Below the pieces are notes generated by a model, which saw nothing but the letters and a program-made list of their open reading frames with translations, had not been told where the DNA came from and searched no databases. This document shows, piece after piece, positions 9,705 through 19,193 of a DNA stretch of 64,000 bases (position 1 is its first letter; every line of letters starts with the position of its first letter). Source of the stretch: a virus; the IMG/VR virus record IMGVR_UViG_3300044697_000029, positions 20,250 to 84,249 of that record; one strand, 5' to 3'. A program made the position numbers and the translations under genes.

Positions 9705-10186
9705 CTTGTGGCGCCCGTATCAGGGTCAAATACCACGCCCCAAGCCCATACATGCGGCCATTCGGCGCGGAGATCGGCCAGCTTCGGATCGTTCGCGTCG
9801 CACACGAGGTGATAGTCCAGGTGCGCGATGAATTTAATCTGATGCCGCAGCAGTTCGGCCGACGATTTGGCTTGGCGCACGATGGCAAACGGGCTGTCGA
9901 TCTCTGGCTTGACTTCGAAGGCCGACACGAACCGCAGCAGGTTCACGTCAAGGACTTCGATGGCATCAACGAAGCTGACGACTTGGCCTCGTTTGGTCAG
10001 CGGGTATTCTGCTTCCACCTCACGGTTGATAACCGCATTAGCCGGCAGGCCAGCGATTGACCTGGCGCGGAGGAATGCCAGCAGTTCGGCTTGCATCTTG
10101 TCGTGGCGCCAGGATGACTTGCCGCGTCCGCGGTCCTCGTGGAACTTGCTTGGAGGCTTTGGAAGGAACGGCTCGTCACCGATCAT
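9701..10186 (-). CDS. Hypothetical protein, possible PD-(D/E)XK nuclease fold
   Basis: EYP...FVD...FEVK...RQ spacing; coupled to both neighbours. Confidence 0.5.
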   Translation of the reverse strand: MIGDEPFLPKPPSKFHEDRGRGKSSWRHDKMQAELLAFLRARSIAGLPANAVINREVEAEYPLTKRGQVVSFVDAIEVLDVNLLRFVSAFEVKPEIDSPFAIVRQAKSSAELLRHQIKFIAHLDYHLVCDANDPKLADLRAEWPHVWAWGVVFDPDTGATR

Positions 10187-10689
10187 CCCACCGCCTCCCC
10201 ACCCGCTGCGGTGCCGCGCGCTTCGGCGATGGCAGCCATCTCGGAAGTTGCTGCCCTGGCGCCAAGGCAAGCCTGGGCGTATCGCTCGGGCGACGGATCA
10301 TCGTCATGGTCGAAAGCGTCCCTGCAATCCGCCGGCGCGATCTGCTCCCCGTCCTCGCCAGTGATTCGGCTGATCTCATCCACGACCCTTGCGCGGAAAT
10401 TCGCGGCCCTGTTGGCGAGGGCGGCTTGGGCCTGGGTGACCAGATGCTCGCTGATCGCCTCCAGTACCACGAATTTCGATCCGGGGCTCTGCGCCGCCAG
10501 CCATCGAGCCTCGCGCACGGCGTCGTTCATGGTGGCGTGCCGGAACATGTGGCCGTGCACTGGCCCGGCGCGACGCATGACGCGGACCGCCCACCACGGC
10601 GGGGATTTCGGTGCTTCGGGCGCGCGTTGGCCCCACGGACGCTCGCGGCGGTTGCCGTTGGTGGTTGATTTGTCGGGGTGGTCGGGCAT
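10183..10689 (-). CDS. Hypothetical phage protein
   Basis: ATG at 10689 preceded by GGAGG; first gene of the replication operon. Confidence 0.65.
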   Translation of the reverse strand: MPDHPDKSTTNGNRRERPWGQRAPEAPKSPPWWAVRVMRRAGPVHGHMFRHATMNDAVREARWLAAQSPGSKFVVLEAISEHLVTQAQAALANRAANFRARVVDEISRITGEDGEQIAPADCRDAFDHDDDPSPERYAQACLGARAATSEMAAIAEARGTAAGGEAVG

Positions 10690-10798
10690 TGCGTCCTCCG
10701 ATCTGTGGCCGGGGGGCTTGCAATGTCCGGGATAGTCCGCTACCTCAGAATGGCAACGGACGATCTGGACCTGCACCGTCCTCCGGGCGGGTTCAACC

Positions 10799-10840
10799 AA
10801 GGGGCGCTTCCTGCAACGGACGGCGCCCTTTGTGTTTTCA
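10799..10840 (+). terminator. Intrinsic terminator-like hairpin, antisense to the replication-operon leader
   Basis: AAGGGGCGC...GCGCCCTT stem followed by TGTGTTTT. Confidence 0.45.
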
Positions 10841-11054
10841 GGTTGCTACCGTGTGACGGGGGCTGTCAAGGGGTTGTGAGGGCGCCCGGCGAGCCGTTGA
10901 TAGGCGGTCGGCTTCCAACCGCCGCTCTCTCGGTCGCCCTTACAGCGCGCGCCTTGACAAGGTGAGCGCGCTGGTTGTCGCTCAAGGAAGGAGCGGTATT
11001 ATCTAGCACCGACCACCACAAGATGCGCGCCGCCGCCCCGGCCATCGCCTACCA

Positions 11055-11499
11055 TATGTCGATGGCGCAACGCGACACGTTCCTCATCCTCGGCCTGCGC
11101 CGCAAGCGCGCCCGGCTGGCCGGGGAGATCGCCGCCGCCGAGCAACGGCTTGCCCCGGTCCGCGAGGCGCTGACCCAGGTCGATGCGCTGATTCGGCTGT
11201 TTGAGGGCAGCAACCCGGAACTGATCCCGCCGATCCGCCCCACCCCACGTTGCCTGTTCTTCCGGCATGGGGAGCAGCAACGGCTATGCGTCGCGGCGCT
11301 GCGGGAGGCTGGTAGGCCGCTGCCGACCCGGAAGGTTACGGATTACGTGATGCTGGCCAAGGGACTGCCTAGCGGCAACGCGGCCGTCCGGGAGAAGGTG
11401 GCGCAGCAGACGCGGACGGCGCTGGTGCGGCTGGAGAAGCGCGGGAAGGTCCGACGGGTGGTGTGCGAGCCGGAGATGTGGTGGGAGTTGGTGGGGTAG
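11055..11499 (+). CDS. Hypothetical coiled-coil / winged-helix-like protein
   Basis: GLRRKRARLAGEI coiled coil, then a helix-rich C-terminus; start approximate. Confidence 0.65.
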
Positions 11500-11745
11500 C
11501 AATGCGGCCTTTGAGGCCCGCTTCCGCGCGCCGCTTGACTCATCCAGTTAAACGTGATAACAAACGGACTTCTAACTACCACTAAACACTCGCTAGGCTA
11601 AGTTATTGGATTTTAACTCTTTTGTAATCATTTGACCTATAGGAGTTCTGGCTTGTGGCACAAACTCGTTGTGGGATGGGGTATTGACAATGACGACGCG
11701 GCAACGAAAGAGTTTCCACAGGAAACGTCTTGGCAGCTCCGCCCA

Positions 11746-12138
11746 ATGCCACGTGCCGCAGAAGTCACCCTGACCGGCCGACAGGTTGTCCTACTCAAGG
11801 TCATCGACCGTGGGGTGCAATTGTCGCTCGCAATCGTGAAGGCGCTCACCGTGCTAGGGCTTGGATACCTCGCTAAAGAGGCGGTCTTGGGCTTGGCTGG
11901 ACATAACACGAGCATCTTGATGAGTTTCTTGACGAGCACCGGAAGCGGGGGGACCGCGGTAGCCGGAGTTGGAGTAGGGGGTCTTGGCGCTGGCTACGGG
12001 GTGTGGCAGCGGCGGCTGCACCGTCGCTCCATAAGGCACTTTGGCCCGCGCTTGGCCAAGTACGAAAGTATGCTCGATCCGAACCGAACTTCGAGTGGCC
12101 TGACCGAATTCGGCCAAACGAATCCGGACCAAGAGTAG
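11746..12138 (+). CDS. Hypothetical membrane protein
   Basis: Two hydrophobic segments; lower GC; follows an AT-rich spacer; start uncertain. Confidence 0.55.
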   Translation: MPRAAEVTLTGRQVVLLKVIDRGVQLSLAIVKALTVLGLGYLAKEAVLGLAGHNTSILMSFLTSTGSGGTAVAGVGVGGLGAGYGVWQRRLHRRSIRHFGPRLAKYESMLDPNRTSSGLTEFGQTNPDQE

Positions 12139-12145
12139 GAGTATT

Positions 12146-12724
12146 GTGATGGAACAGGCAGGCGGCGCCGTGTTTATGGTCCTGGTGATCGTATTCGTGG
12201 TCTGGTTTTATGGTCCTTGGCAATCGCTGTGCGTTGATTGGGGTCGCGAACGCATGTTCGAGGCTCGTAATGCCATCTTTGATATGGCTGCGGACGGTCG
12301 CCTTAGTTTTGGTTCGCCAGAGTACCGCGAAATCCGACGAAAGATCGAAAGCAGCATCGCATTTGCCCACCGTATCTCGTGGCCATCGTTAGTGCTTCTG
12401 TATCTCGGCGTTCGTAGGTTTGAGATCAAGAAGCCACGCTCTATAGTTGATCTCCTGGCAGCGATTCCTGATGACGGAGTTCGCCGAGAGGTGCAGCAGC
12501 ACACTGATGCAGTCACCTGGACGATCGTGCGCATGATCGTATTCCGGTCCACGATATTCCTCGCAATTTATATGATGACGTGGGTGCTTTGGAAGTGTGG
12601 TGCGCCGGTCTATTGGTGGTGCAAGGGGCGCGCACAGGAGATAGCTGAGGCAATCCAGGACGATGCACTGGCAGTGGATGACGGCGCCGCCGTCCTACGA
12701 AGGCGTTATCATCTGTCGGTCTAG
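12146..12724 (+). CDS. Hypothetical membrane protein
   Basis: AGGAG SD; about three hydrophobic segments. Confidence 0.7.
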   Translation: MMEQAGGAVFMVLVIVFVVWFYGPWQSLCVDWGRERMFEARNAIFDMAADGRLSFGSPEYREIRRKIESSIAFAHRISWPSLVLLYLGVRRFEIKKPRSIVDLLAAIPDDGVRREVQQHTDAVTWTIVRMIVFRSTIFLAIYMMTWVLWKCGAPVYWWCKGRAQEIAEAIQDDALAVDDGAAVLRRRYHLSV

Positions 12725-13704
12725 CCGCACTGCGCCCGCTGCCAGTACCCGCACCAGTCCACCGAGGTAGGCGCCCGCATGGCCAGCCCGGACACGGCGA
12801 TGACCTGGTGCCCGTTGTCCACCCGCCGATGATCCTCGCGCCAAGCCGACTCCTGCGCATACCGAACCAAGTAGGGGCCGGCGACGTGGTGATGATGGCC
12901 GATTTCGCCCCGGCGCGTGCGGGAGAAGAAGGACTCTGCGCCGTTGGTGTACACGCCGGCGCCCGTGCTGTACAACTGCTCATGGTTGATCCGGTGCACG
13001 TCGTAGCGGGCGTGTAGATCGTTCCATGACCCGGCTTCGTCGGCCATCAGCCGGGTGCCCTTGGCGACGCTGCGGCTGATCCAGCCCAGCGCAGCCGACT
13101 CGGACTTGAACACGGCCGGCAGCGTGGAACCGCCGCGCTCGCGGACCACCACAACCACCTTGCGCTTGCCGTTCTGGTTCTTGCCGAGCCGGCGGTCCCG
13201 GCGGTTCTCCTTGTGGTTCGCTGGCTTGATGTAGCCGCCGAAGTACGCGCCGTCAGTCTCGACCGTCTCGCCCTCGCCCCCCAGCTTCATCCCCTTCAAC
13301 TCGGACGCCATCGCCTCGCGGATTTTGTGCGCCAGAACGAAGCTGGTCATGTAGGCCACGCCGAGATCGCGGGACAGCGCCAGTGCGGACTTGCCCTTGA
13401 CCTCGTTGATGAAGATGGCGATCGCCGCGAGGTAGGCGCGCAGCGGCAGCTTGTGGAACGCGAACAACGTGCCGGACGTGATGGAGAAATCCTTGCGGCA
13501 CGCCTTGCATCGCCACCGGGCCGAAGCGCCCTTGCGGCAGTCATAGATGGTCTCGCAGCCGCAGTGCGGGCAGACCGGCTTTCCCTTCGTGGCAGCCCAG
13601 CGAACCGACATGAAGGCCGACTCGGCTTCCTCATCCGTCATCCGCATGACAGCCGCCAGAGAAAGGGTCTTGGCGCGGGAGGAAAGGAGGAAGTGCTGGG
13701 GCAT
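12721..13704 (-). CDS. IS1595-family (ISXO2-like) transposase
   Basis: Zn ribbon CPHCG...CKAC, SITSGTLF, VETDGAYFGG, LMADE, RINH, TNGAESFFSR and YLVRYAQESAWR; frame intact. Confidence 0.93.
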   Translation of the reverse strand: MPQHFLLSSRAKTLSLAAVMRMTDEEAESAFMSVRWAATKGKPVCPHCGCETIYDCRKGASARWRCKACRKDFSITSGTLFAFHKLPLRAYLAAIAIFINEVKGKSALALSRDLGVAYMTSFVLAHKIREAMASELKGMKLGGEGETVETDGAYFGGYIKPANHKENRRDRRLGKNQNGKRKVVVVVRERGGSTLPAVFKSESAALGWISRSVAKGTRLMADEAGSWNDLHARYDVHRINHEQLYSTGAGVYTNGAESFFSRTRRGEIGHHHHVAGPYLVRYAQESAWREDHRRVDNGHQVIAVSGLAMRAPTSVDWCGYWQRAQCG

Positions 13705-13814
13705 TGGGATCGTATCCGCTTTGAACAAAGCGAATATGATCTGATCCGAGCGACTTGTCAATCAGAAAAGATCGTATATGATCGGTTCCAGTCGATTTTG
13801 CTCGGGAGAAAGCG

Positions 13815-14057
13815 ATGCCCCTATCAGCCAAGGAACAGGAATGGGCGGACAAGGCTCGGCGCTTCCTCAAGGCGGAGTTGAAGCGGGCGGATGTGACCTA
13901 TGCCGAGCTTGCCCGGCGGTTGAATGAGCATGGGCTGGAAGGGGAGACCGAGGCGTCGGTCAACAGCAAACTGGTCCGTGGCACGTTCTCTCTGACATGG
14001 TTCCTGGTCGTGCTGACCGTGCTAGGGATCGCGGCAGTGACACTCGCGGACCTCTAG
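13815..14057 (+). CDS. DUF6471-like HTH protein divergent from the transposase
   Basis: LKAELKRADVTYAELARRL..G..ET..SVNSKL.RGTFS. Confidence 0.8.
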   Translation: MPLSAKEQEWADKARRFLKAELKRADVTYAELARRLNEHGLEGETEASVNSKLVRGTFSLTWFLVVLTVLGIAAVTLADL

Positions 14058-14659
14058 TCCAGCCTATTGAGGCCCGGCGGCAGGGTGTCCTTGATCCAAA
14101 ATGTCCAACTGCGCCCAGCCTTGTCATCCAAATGAAGCCGCACGGGGTTTGAGTTCCCCAGGACTTCGACCACGCGCATGAGCGAGGGATCATCCCTGCC
14201 GCTGACGACAATACCATCACCAATCAAGTTGGCTTCATCAATGGGTTGAACGTCTGCCCAGCCAGCATTTCGAAATGCAGCCTCAAGGTCATTCGCATAT
14301 TTGCAGGATTCTGCTCTACCGATCTGCACAGTAATACGAATAGGTCGCGGCGGCCGATCGGCGGTTTCTCGGACCCCCTCAAGGAAGGTCTTCACGGAGT
14401 CAAAATCCATTTTCATGGAGCATGCGCCCGCCACCGCAGATTCGTTTGGCGAGGATTGAAGTGCGTAACAGCAGTAAGCCGCAGCAAGCACCGCGACGCC
14501 AGTCGGCAACCACCGGAAGGCCGGTTTGCGGAATCCGGGCTGCGGCTCATGCATGCCGGCGCGCTCCGACCGCTCCTTGAACCACTTGTCCAAGTCTGTG
14601 AGCGCGCTGATGATGGTCGCCGTGGCCGCGATATAGGTGGCGATCTCGGGTCCACTCAT
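14054..14659 (-). CDS. Hypothetical membrane-anchored protein
   Basis: Two hydrophobic segments followed by a soluble domain. Confidence 0.6.
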   Translation of the reverse strand: MSGPEIATYIAATATIISALTDLDKWFKERSERAGMHEPQPGFRKPAFRWLPTGVAVLAAAYCCYALQSSPNESAVAGACSMKMDFDSVKTFLEGVRETADRPPRPIRITVQIGRAESCKYANDLEAAFRNAGWADVQPIDEANLIGDGIVVSGRDDPSLMRVVEVLGNSNPVRLHLDDKAGRSWTFWIKDTLPPGLNRLD

Positions 14660-14735
14660 TCGCCCACCCTACCCGGACTCCGAAACGCCCGGATAGTGTC
14701 TGCACCGCCCGTCTCTCTGTTTGCTGGGCCACCTT

Positions 14736-15113
14736 TCACCTACCGGCCGAGGTAGGTGGGGTTTGTTCGCTCCCCGTTCTTGTGGTGGTTGCTTGATAAT
14801 ACCGGGAAGGAGATAAAAGGCTCAGCGCGCGGATTTTTTTGACGACTTGGACCCGCGTAACGGGCGCCCCGGCGAGTTCGTTGATAGGCGCCACCATCGC
14901 TTTTGGCTTCACGCCACCCTGGCGGAGTTCCCGTAGAAGCCGCTTCCGCTCGGGCGTCCATCGCGCGCCTTCCGCCAGCGCCGATGGGGGGTCATTCTTT
15001 GGCGCCCCCCTCACGAAATCGAGTGCCTCCGCCGCCTTTGAGACATCCCAACCGACGCCCGAGAGCACCAGAAGCCGCAGCCGTTCATCGTTGGTCAACT
15101 CAATACCGTCCAT
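14736..15113 (-). CDS. Protein with GcrA-like N-terminal HTH motif
   Basis: RWTPERKRLLREL..G...VTRVQVVKKIRALSL resembles the GcrA WT.ER..LL..L...G...TR..V..K..RL.L pattern. Confidence 0.55.
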   Translation of the reverse strand: MDGIELTNDERLRLLVLSGVGWDVSKAAEALDFVRGAPKNDPPSALAEGARWTPERKRLLRELRQGGVKPKAMVAPINELAGAPVTRVQVVKKIRALSLLSPSRYYQATTTRTGSEQTPPTSAGR

Positions 15114-15149
15114 TTGCGTGTTTTCCTTTCCGGGGGTTGTCACTTCGCC

Positions 15150-15566
15150 TCACTGTCCGCCCTGAGCTAACCCCAAATACTCCGCCGCCGCATGCAGCCG
15201 CCTGTCCAGTTCCAGCATCGCCGCGTCGATCTCGCCAGCGTGTCGTTGGGCCTCGGGGTCGTCCCGCATGGAGTGCAGCCGCTTCTGCGCTGCGAGGGCG
15301 TCGCGCATGACCGCGTGCCAAGAATCGTCCGCGCCTGGCGCTACGGGGACGGGCATCGGGCGCGCCTTTGGTGCTGCGTTCCTGGACATCTGCGACACAC
15401 AAGCGGGGCACGGTCGGATGTAGGGATCGTATCCGGCGTCGCGACAAATGTGGTCCATCGATCCACCCTCCGCCCGCGCAGCGCGCGCCTTCGCTTCGTC
15501 GCCGGGGGCTTCGGACCTGACCTCCCATCCGTTGCCGCGGTCCATTTCGATGCGAATGTGTGCCAT
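15150..15566 (-). CDS. Hypothetical phage protein
   Basis: GGAG SD; part of the minus-strand small-gene cluster. Confidence 0.55.
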   Translation of the reverse strand: MAHIRIEMDRGNGWEVRSEAPGDEAKARAARAEGGSMDHICRDAGYDPYIRPCPACVSQMSRNAAPKARPMPVPVAPGADDSWHAVMRDALAAQKRLHSMRDDPEAQRHAGEIDAAMLELDRRLHAAAEYLGLAQGGQ

Positions 15567-15596
15567 CTGTCGGTCTCCGTATAGGCGGCGCGGCTT

Positions 15597-15782
15597 CTAA
15601 CGCTGCCACCCTGAATATGATGAAAGCTGGTGCCACTTCAGTTGGCCCGCGTCGTCCAGGCTAGAAAAAAGCCGCAGATTTTCCGAAACCGGATTAGTCC
15701 TGAGCGCGGCGATAATCGCATCTACCGTCTGCGCTCGAATATCATCCGGACCGCCAACAACGAAAATGCAAACCTTGTCCAT
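15597..15782 (-). CDS. Small hypothetical protein
   Basis: GAGGA SD; collinear with neighbours. Confidence 0.5.
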   Translation of the reverse strand: MDKVCIFVVGGPDDIRAQTVDAIIAALRTNPVSENLRLFSSLDDAGQLKWHQLSSYSGWQR

Positions 15783-15791
15783 GTCGGGTCC

Positions 15792-16067
15792 TCACGCCGC
15801 CACGCATGAAAGAGCACCCTTGCCGTGGTTCTTGCCCCCGCACGAGCATTCGCACTGCATCGTGCGGCCAGTGGCATACATGCAGCGAGCATCGCACTTG
15901 TGGAGGCTGGGGTTGCTCTTGCGCTCGATGATTCGCGTCACACGGACCCATCCTCCTTCGATATAAATGCGCGGCATTTTCTGATGACCCTGATCCCAGT
16001 CGCAGCGATCAATGCTCGTTGCTACGTCGCCGTTCGGTAGGTCTGCCAAGTAGAGCATTTTCGCCAC
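15792..16067 (-). CDS. Cys-rich hypothetical protein
   Basis: AAGGAGAGG SD before GTG; HKCDARCMYATG..CECSCGGKNHG cluster. Confidence 0.7.
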   Translation of the reverse strand: MAKMLYLADLPNGDVATSIDRCDWDQGHQKMPRIYIEGGWVRVTRIIERKSNPSLHKCDARCMYATGRTMQCECSCGGKNHGKGALSCVAA

Positions 16068-16110
16068 TCGCCCTCTCCTTCTCCGGCCGTCCATCGGCCG
16101 TGTGGTGTGC

Positions 16111-16431
16111 TTATCGGCCGGTCTCGGCCTCGACTTCGATCGACAAATCGTCGCCGCCCCATCCTGTGTAGCCGTACGGGAGATCATCGGCGGCGGAGGC
16201 GGCGGCGATCCCGATCGCGTCGCGAGTGATGGCGTCAAAGCGGCGCTGCGTCGCTGGGTTGAGATCGCCATTGGCGTCGGTCGAGAGGTCCAAGTCGAAG
16301 GGCAGTTCGCCCATCAACGCGGCGGCGGTGTCCATCGCGAGGTCGGCTACTGCCGGCCATTTCTCGCGCCACTCCTGGCACTGATTCAGGCGCAGTTGCC
16401 CGATGACTCGCGTGCCGTAGGACTGATCCAT
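16111..16431 (-). CDS. Acidic hypothetical protein
   Basis: GGGAGG SD; collinear. Confidence 0.6.
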   Translation of the reverse strand: MDQSYGTRVIGQLRLNQCQEWREKWPAVADLAMDTAAALMGELPFDLDLSTDANGDLNPATQRRFDAITRDAIGIAAASAADDLPYGYTGWGGDDLSIEVEAETGR

Positions 16432-16434
16432 CGG

Positions 16435-16671
16435 TCAGCCCTCCCCGCGTGCATGGCGATCCCGCGCGGTCTCGCCCGCCGCATGACGGCCGGCGAAGCG
16501 GAAAATGCGGTCAATCTCCTCGCGCTGACCCGGGCGATCCGCGATCAACTTGTCTGCGGCGGCGAGCCGCTCAGCCATCGTTGATCCAGGAACCGTGCCC
16601 CGAACCGTCGCCATCAGGAATTCGTACCGTCTGTATTCCATCATCCGTCTCCTTTGGTGTGCGTGGCTCAT
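16435..16671 (-). CDS. Hypothetical protein
   Basis: Collinear small ORF; alternative start near 16644 with AAGGAG. Confidence 0.5.
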   Translation of the reverse strand: MSHAHQRRRMMEYRRYEFLMATVRGTVPGSTMAERLAAADKLIADRPGQREEIDRIFRFAGRHAAGETARDRHARGEG

Positions 16672-17084
16672 TCCGCCTCAATCAGCGCTACCTGACCATA
16701 CCGGCGGAAGAAATCCTCCGCGAACGCCTCGGCGTCTTCGAGGCAGTCGAAGCGTCCGAGCGACGCGCTGCCCCAACACACCCAATATCCGCTACGAGCG
16801 CGACCGGCGCGCCGGAAAAGCCACGGGGCTGCTGCATTTGTTTCATTTGCGGGAGCCATTTGAATCAAGAAGTGCGTTATTTTTCCATCCACCGAATACG
16901 CCCAAGAGTCGGGACCGTACTTGAAGAAAGCGGCATCTTCTCCCGCCGATCTGTGGGCCACGTCAAATGCCTCAACCCCATAGTATTGGCCGACAAAGCG
17001 GCACAGAATTTCTTCATCGGCGCGCGAAAACAGCCGATAAAGAGTGTCGTGCCGCTGCTTAGTGCGTCCTGGATGATTGACCAT
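16668..17084 (-). CDS. Hypothetical protein
   Basis: GGGAG SD before ATG 17084; first gene of the leftward cluster. Confidence 0.5.
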   Translation of the reverse strand: MVNHPGRTKQRHDTLYRLFSRADEEILCRFVGQYYGVEAFDVAHRSAGEDAAFFKYGPDSWAYSVDGKITHFLIQMAPANETNAAAPWLFRRAGRARSGYWVCWGSASLGRFDCLEDAEAFAEDFFRRYGQVALIEAE

Positions 17085-17225
17085 CGGTGGTCTCCCTGCC
17101 CTGAGTTTCCGTGGGCCTCGGTCTGGCCGTCCATCGGCCATAGGGGGATCATACCCATTTCCGGACCCTTTGCAAGAACTATTTCGGTATTGCCGTCCGA
17201 TTTCCGTTCGTTGTAGGGTGCGTCC

Positions 17226-17585
17226 ATGATTCGGGACCCGGAAGAGCATCGCCGCCGCAGCATCGCCGGGAGTGAGCGCGCCCGCGCGGCTGGCCGGCCA
17301 CCTGGCAGGCCGATGAAGCCGATCAACCCCGAGGCGGTGGCGATGCTTGCCGCCGGCGTGGGCGTGGTGCGGGTCGCCAAGGCCCTGCACATTTCCAAGG
17401 ATGCCATACGGCGCGCGCGCGATGCTCAGCCACCCGGTCAGATCGTGGACGCGAGCGATCTGGCAGACAGCATCGTCTCGTCGCCTGCACGAGCGCCCAA
17501 GCCCGCGCGCTGGACCGAGGGACCGCGCTGTCCGAAGTGCAGCAGCCTCCTGCGGCTCGGCAAATGTGGCCTGGGGTGCAGATAA
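17226..17585 (+). CDS. HTH protein with C-terminal Cys cluster
   Basis: GRP...AMLAAGVGVVRVAKALHISKDAIRR (resolvase-type HTH); CPKC...C. Confidence 0.6.
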   Translation: MIRDPEEHRRRSIAGSERARAAGRPPGRPMKPINPEAVAMLAAGVGVVRVAKALHISKDAIRRARDAQPPGQIVDASDLADSIVSSPARAPKPARWTEGPRCPKCSSLLRLGKCGLGCR

Positions 17586-18185
17586 TCGCCATGCGCGATG
17601 GGCAAGCGCAGCCGAGGGGAGTGCGGATGATGGACGCGGCGAAGCGCGAGCGCGCGGACGAACGGAAGATCGGCATACCGTTGTGCATGGCGTTCAGTTT
17701 TTGCGGGGGCCTTCACTGGCGCGGCAGGAATGCTCACGCTCGCGTGGCTTCATCCCGACCTGCTCAATTACCCGTGGCCAGTCCCGTGCTTTATCCTTGG
17801 ATGCGCGTCCATGTGGTGGCGGCTGTCCTGGATGCTTTGATCAAGGCCGCGATCCGCGGCGTGCCCGGCGTCACCCCGAAGCGGCCATGCCGCCGAAAGC
17901 GAGACAGGCCACCACGCTTCCGATTCCCTCTTGCCTGTCATGACAACGCTGTGGCATTTTCGCCACACCAATCCACGTCGCGCGCGCGGGGGGTATCCGG
18001 CGGGAGTTGTAGCCATCACCTGGGCGCTTGACGGCGCCCCTTGACGGGTGGCAGTCTCCCGGTACGGTACGGTCCGGACGGTTGGTCAGTGCGCGCGCGG
18101 GCGCGGATATCTGCATAACGCGCGCGCGGGGGAAGAGTTTCGACCCCAATGATGCTCTAGGAAACTTTGGGCTATGTGCCAAGGA

Positions 18186-18921
18186 TCACGTGTCATCGAA
18201 GTTGCTGACGACGAACCACGCCAACTTGGCGAGATCGCGGAGCGCGGGCAGCACTGGCCCGCGGAGCGCGGTATCACTCTCGCTGAACGCTATGTTGTGG
18301 GTGATCTGAAAATCGCACTCCGTCGCGTTGATGTTGGTCCACGCTACTACGGCGCCATCCTTGAAGCCGGGCCATTGAGCGGGAAATTCCAGCCCCTGAG
18401 CGCGGGCGGCTGCGGAAACAGAGACCATTGCCAACGCCGAATCCACCTTAATCAGACGCATGTGTTTTCGTGTAATGTCGAGGTGGTGCAGGGCGAACAG
18501 TTGGTCATCCCCTCCACGATAAGGCCGCAGTCTTTCCAGGCCGATCCTCTCACTCTCTCGGAGCCACTTTTTGCGTTTCGCCGCGTTCAGCGGGTCGATG
18601 AAATCCTGGAGGGAGGCATAAAGGGGAAAGTGACAGTCGGCGTTTGGTTGTACGCCGTTCCTTGTCGCCAGTGCCGACGCAAGCAAATCGAGGCTGCTGC
18701 GGAGGCTGCCGATGATAGCGCCAACGCCGGCATTGATGAGATTGGGAATTTTCCAGTCCACCCGGAGCTTGATGAGTTTCTTCCCCATCTCCGGGTGGTC
18801 CTCAGCGATGAAGGAATAAGGGTGACGGTCGGTCCAGCCTTCGATCTGCTTTTGCAACACTGGGAGATAGGATGCGGCCCAGTCGATGGCCGCATTGGCG
18901 TCTAGCTAGGTCATCTCGCAT
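18186..18921 (-). pseudogene. HEPN-like hypothetical protein with apparent 1-nt frameshift near the start
   Basis: LRSSLD...FP...LHHLDITRKH pattern; ATG 18921 (MRDDL) is one base out of frame with the long ORF (LDANAAIDWA...). Confidence 0.45.
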
Positions 18922-18935
18922 GGGAGCAAAGCGCC

Positions 18936-19193
18936 TTACGTTTCAGACTCAGGACGGAAAGAAACACTGGGTTGCCCTGCGGCGCTACTATGTGCCTGAA
19001 GGCGTTGTATTTGTTCCGGCTGAAAATCCGTGTGAGTCCCGCACCGATCACATTCCGCTTCCGCTGGCCAAGAGCGGACAATCGGATGCTGCCCCGGCGC
19101 TGGCGCGGGACCAAGTGGCAACATCCGCTGGCAATTCGGGCACGTGCCAACGAAATACCATTCCCCCGGCACGATGACGGGAATTACTGGCAT
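18936..19193 (-). CDS. Small zinc-ribbon protein
   Basis: CPNC...CDRC; GAGG SD. Confidence 0.6.
   Translation of the reverse strand: MPVIPVIVPGEWYFVGTCPNCQRMLPLGPAPAPGQHPIVRSWPAEAECDRCGTHTDFQPEQIQRLQAHSSAAGQPSVSFRPESET

Noticed and set aside
17537-18031. ORFs downstream of the HTH gene
   Set aside because: Overlapping candidates with no motif or clear start; cannot choose a real frame.
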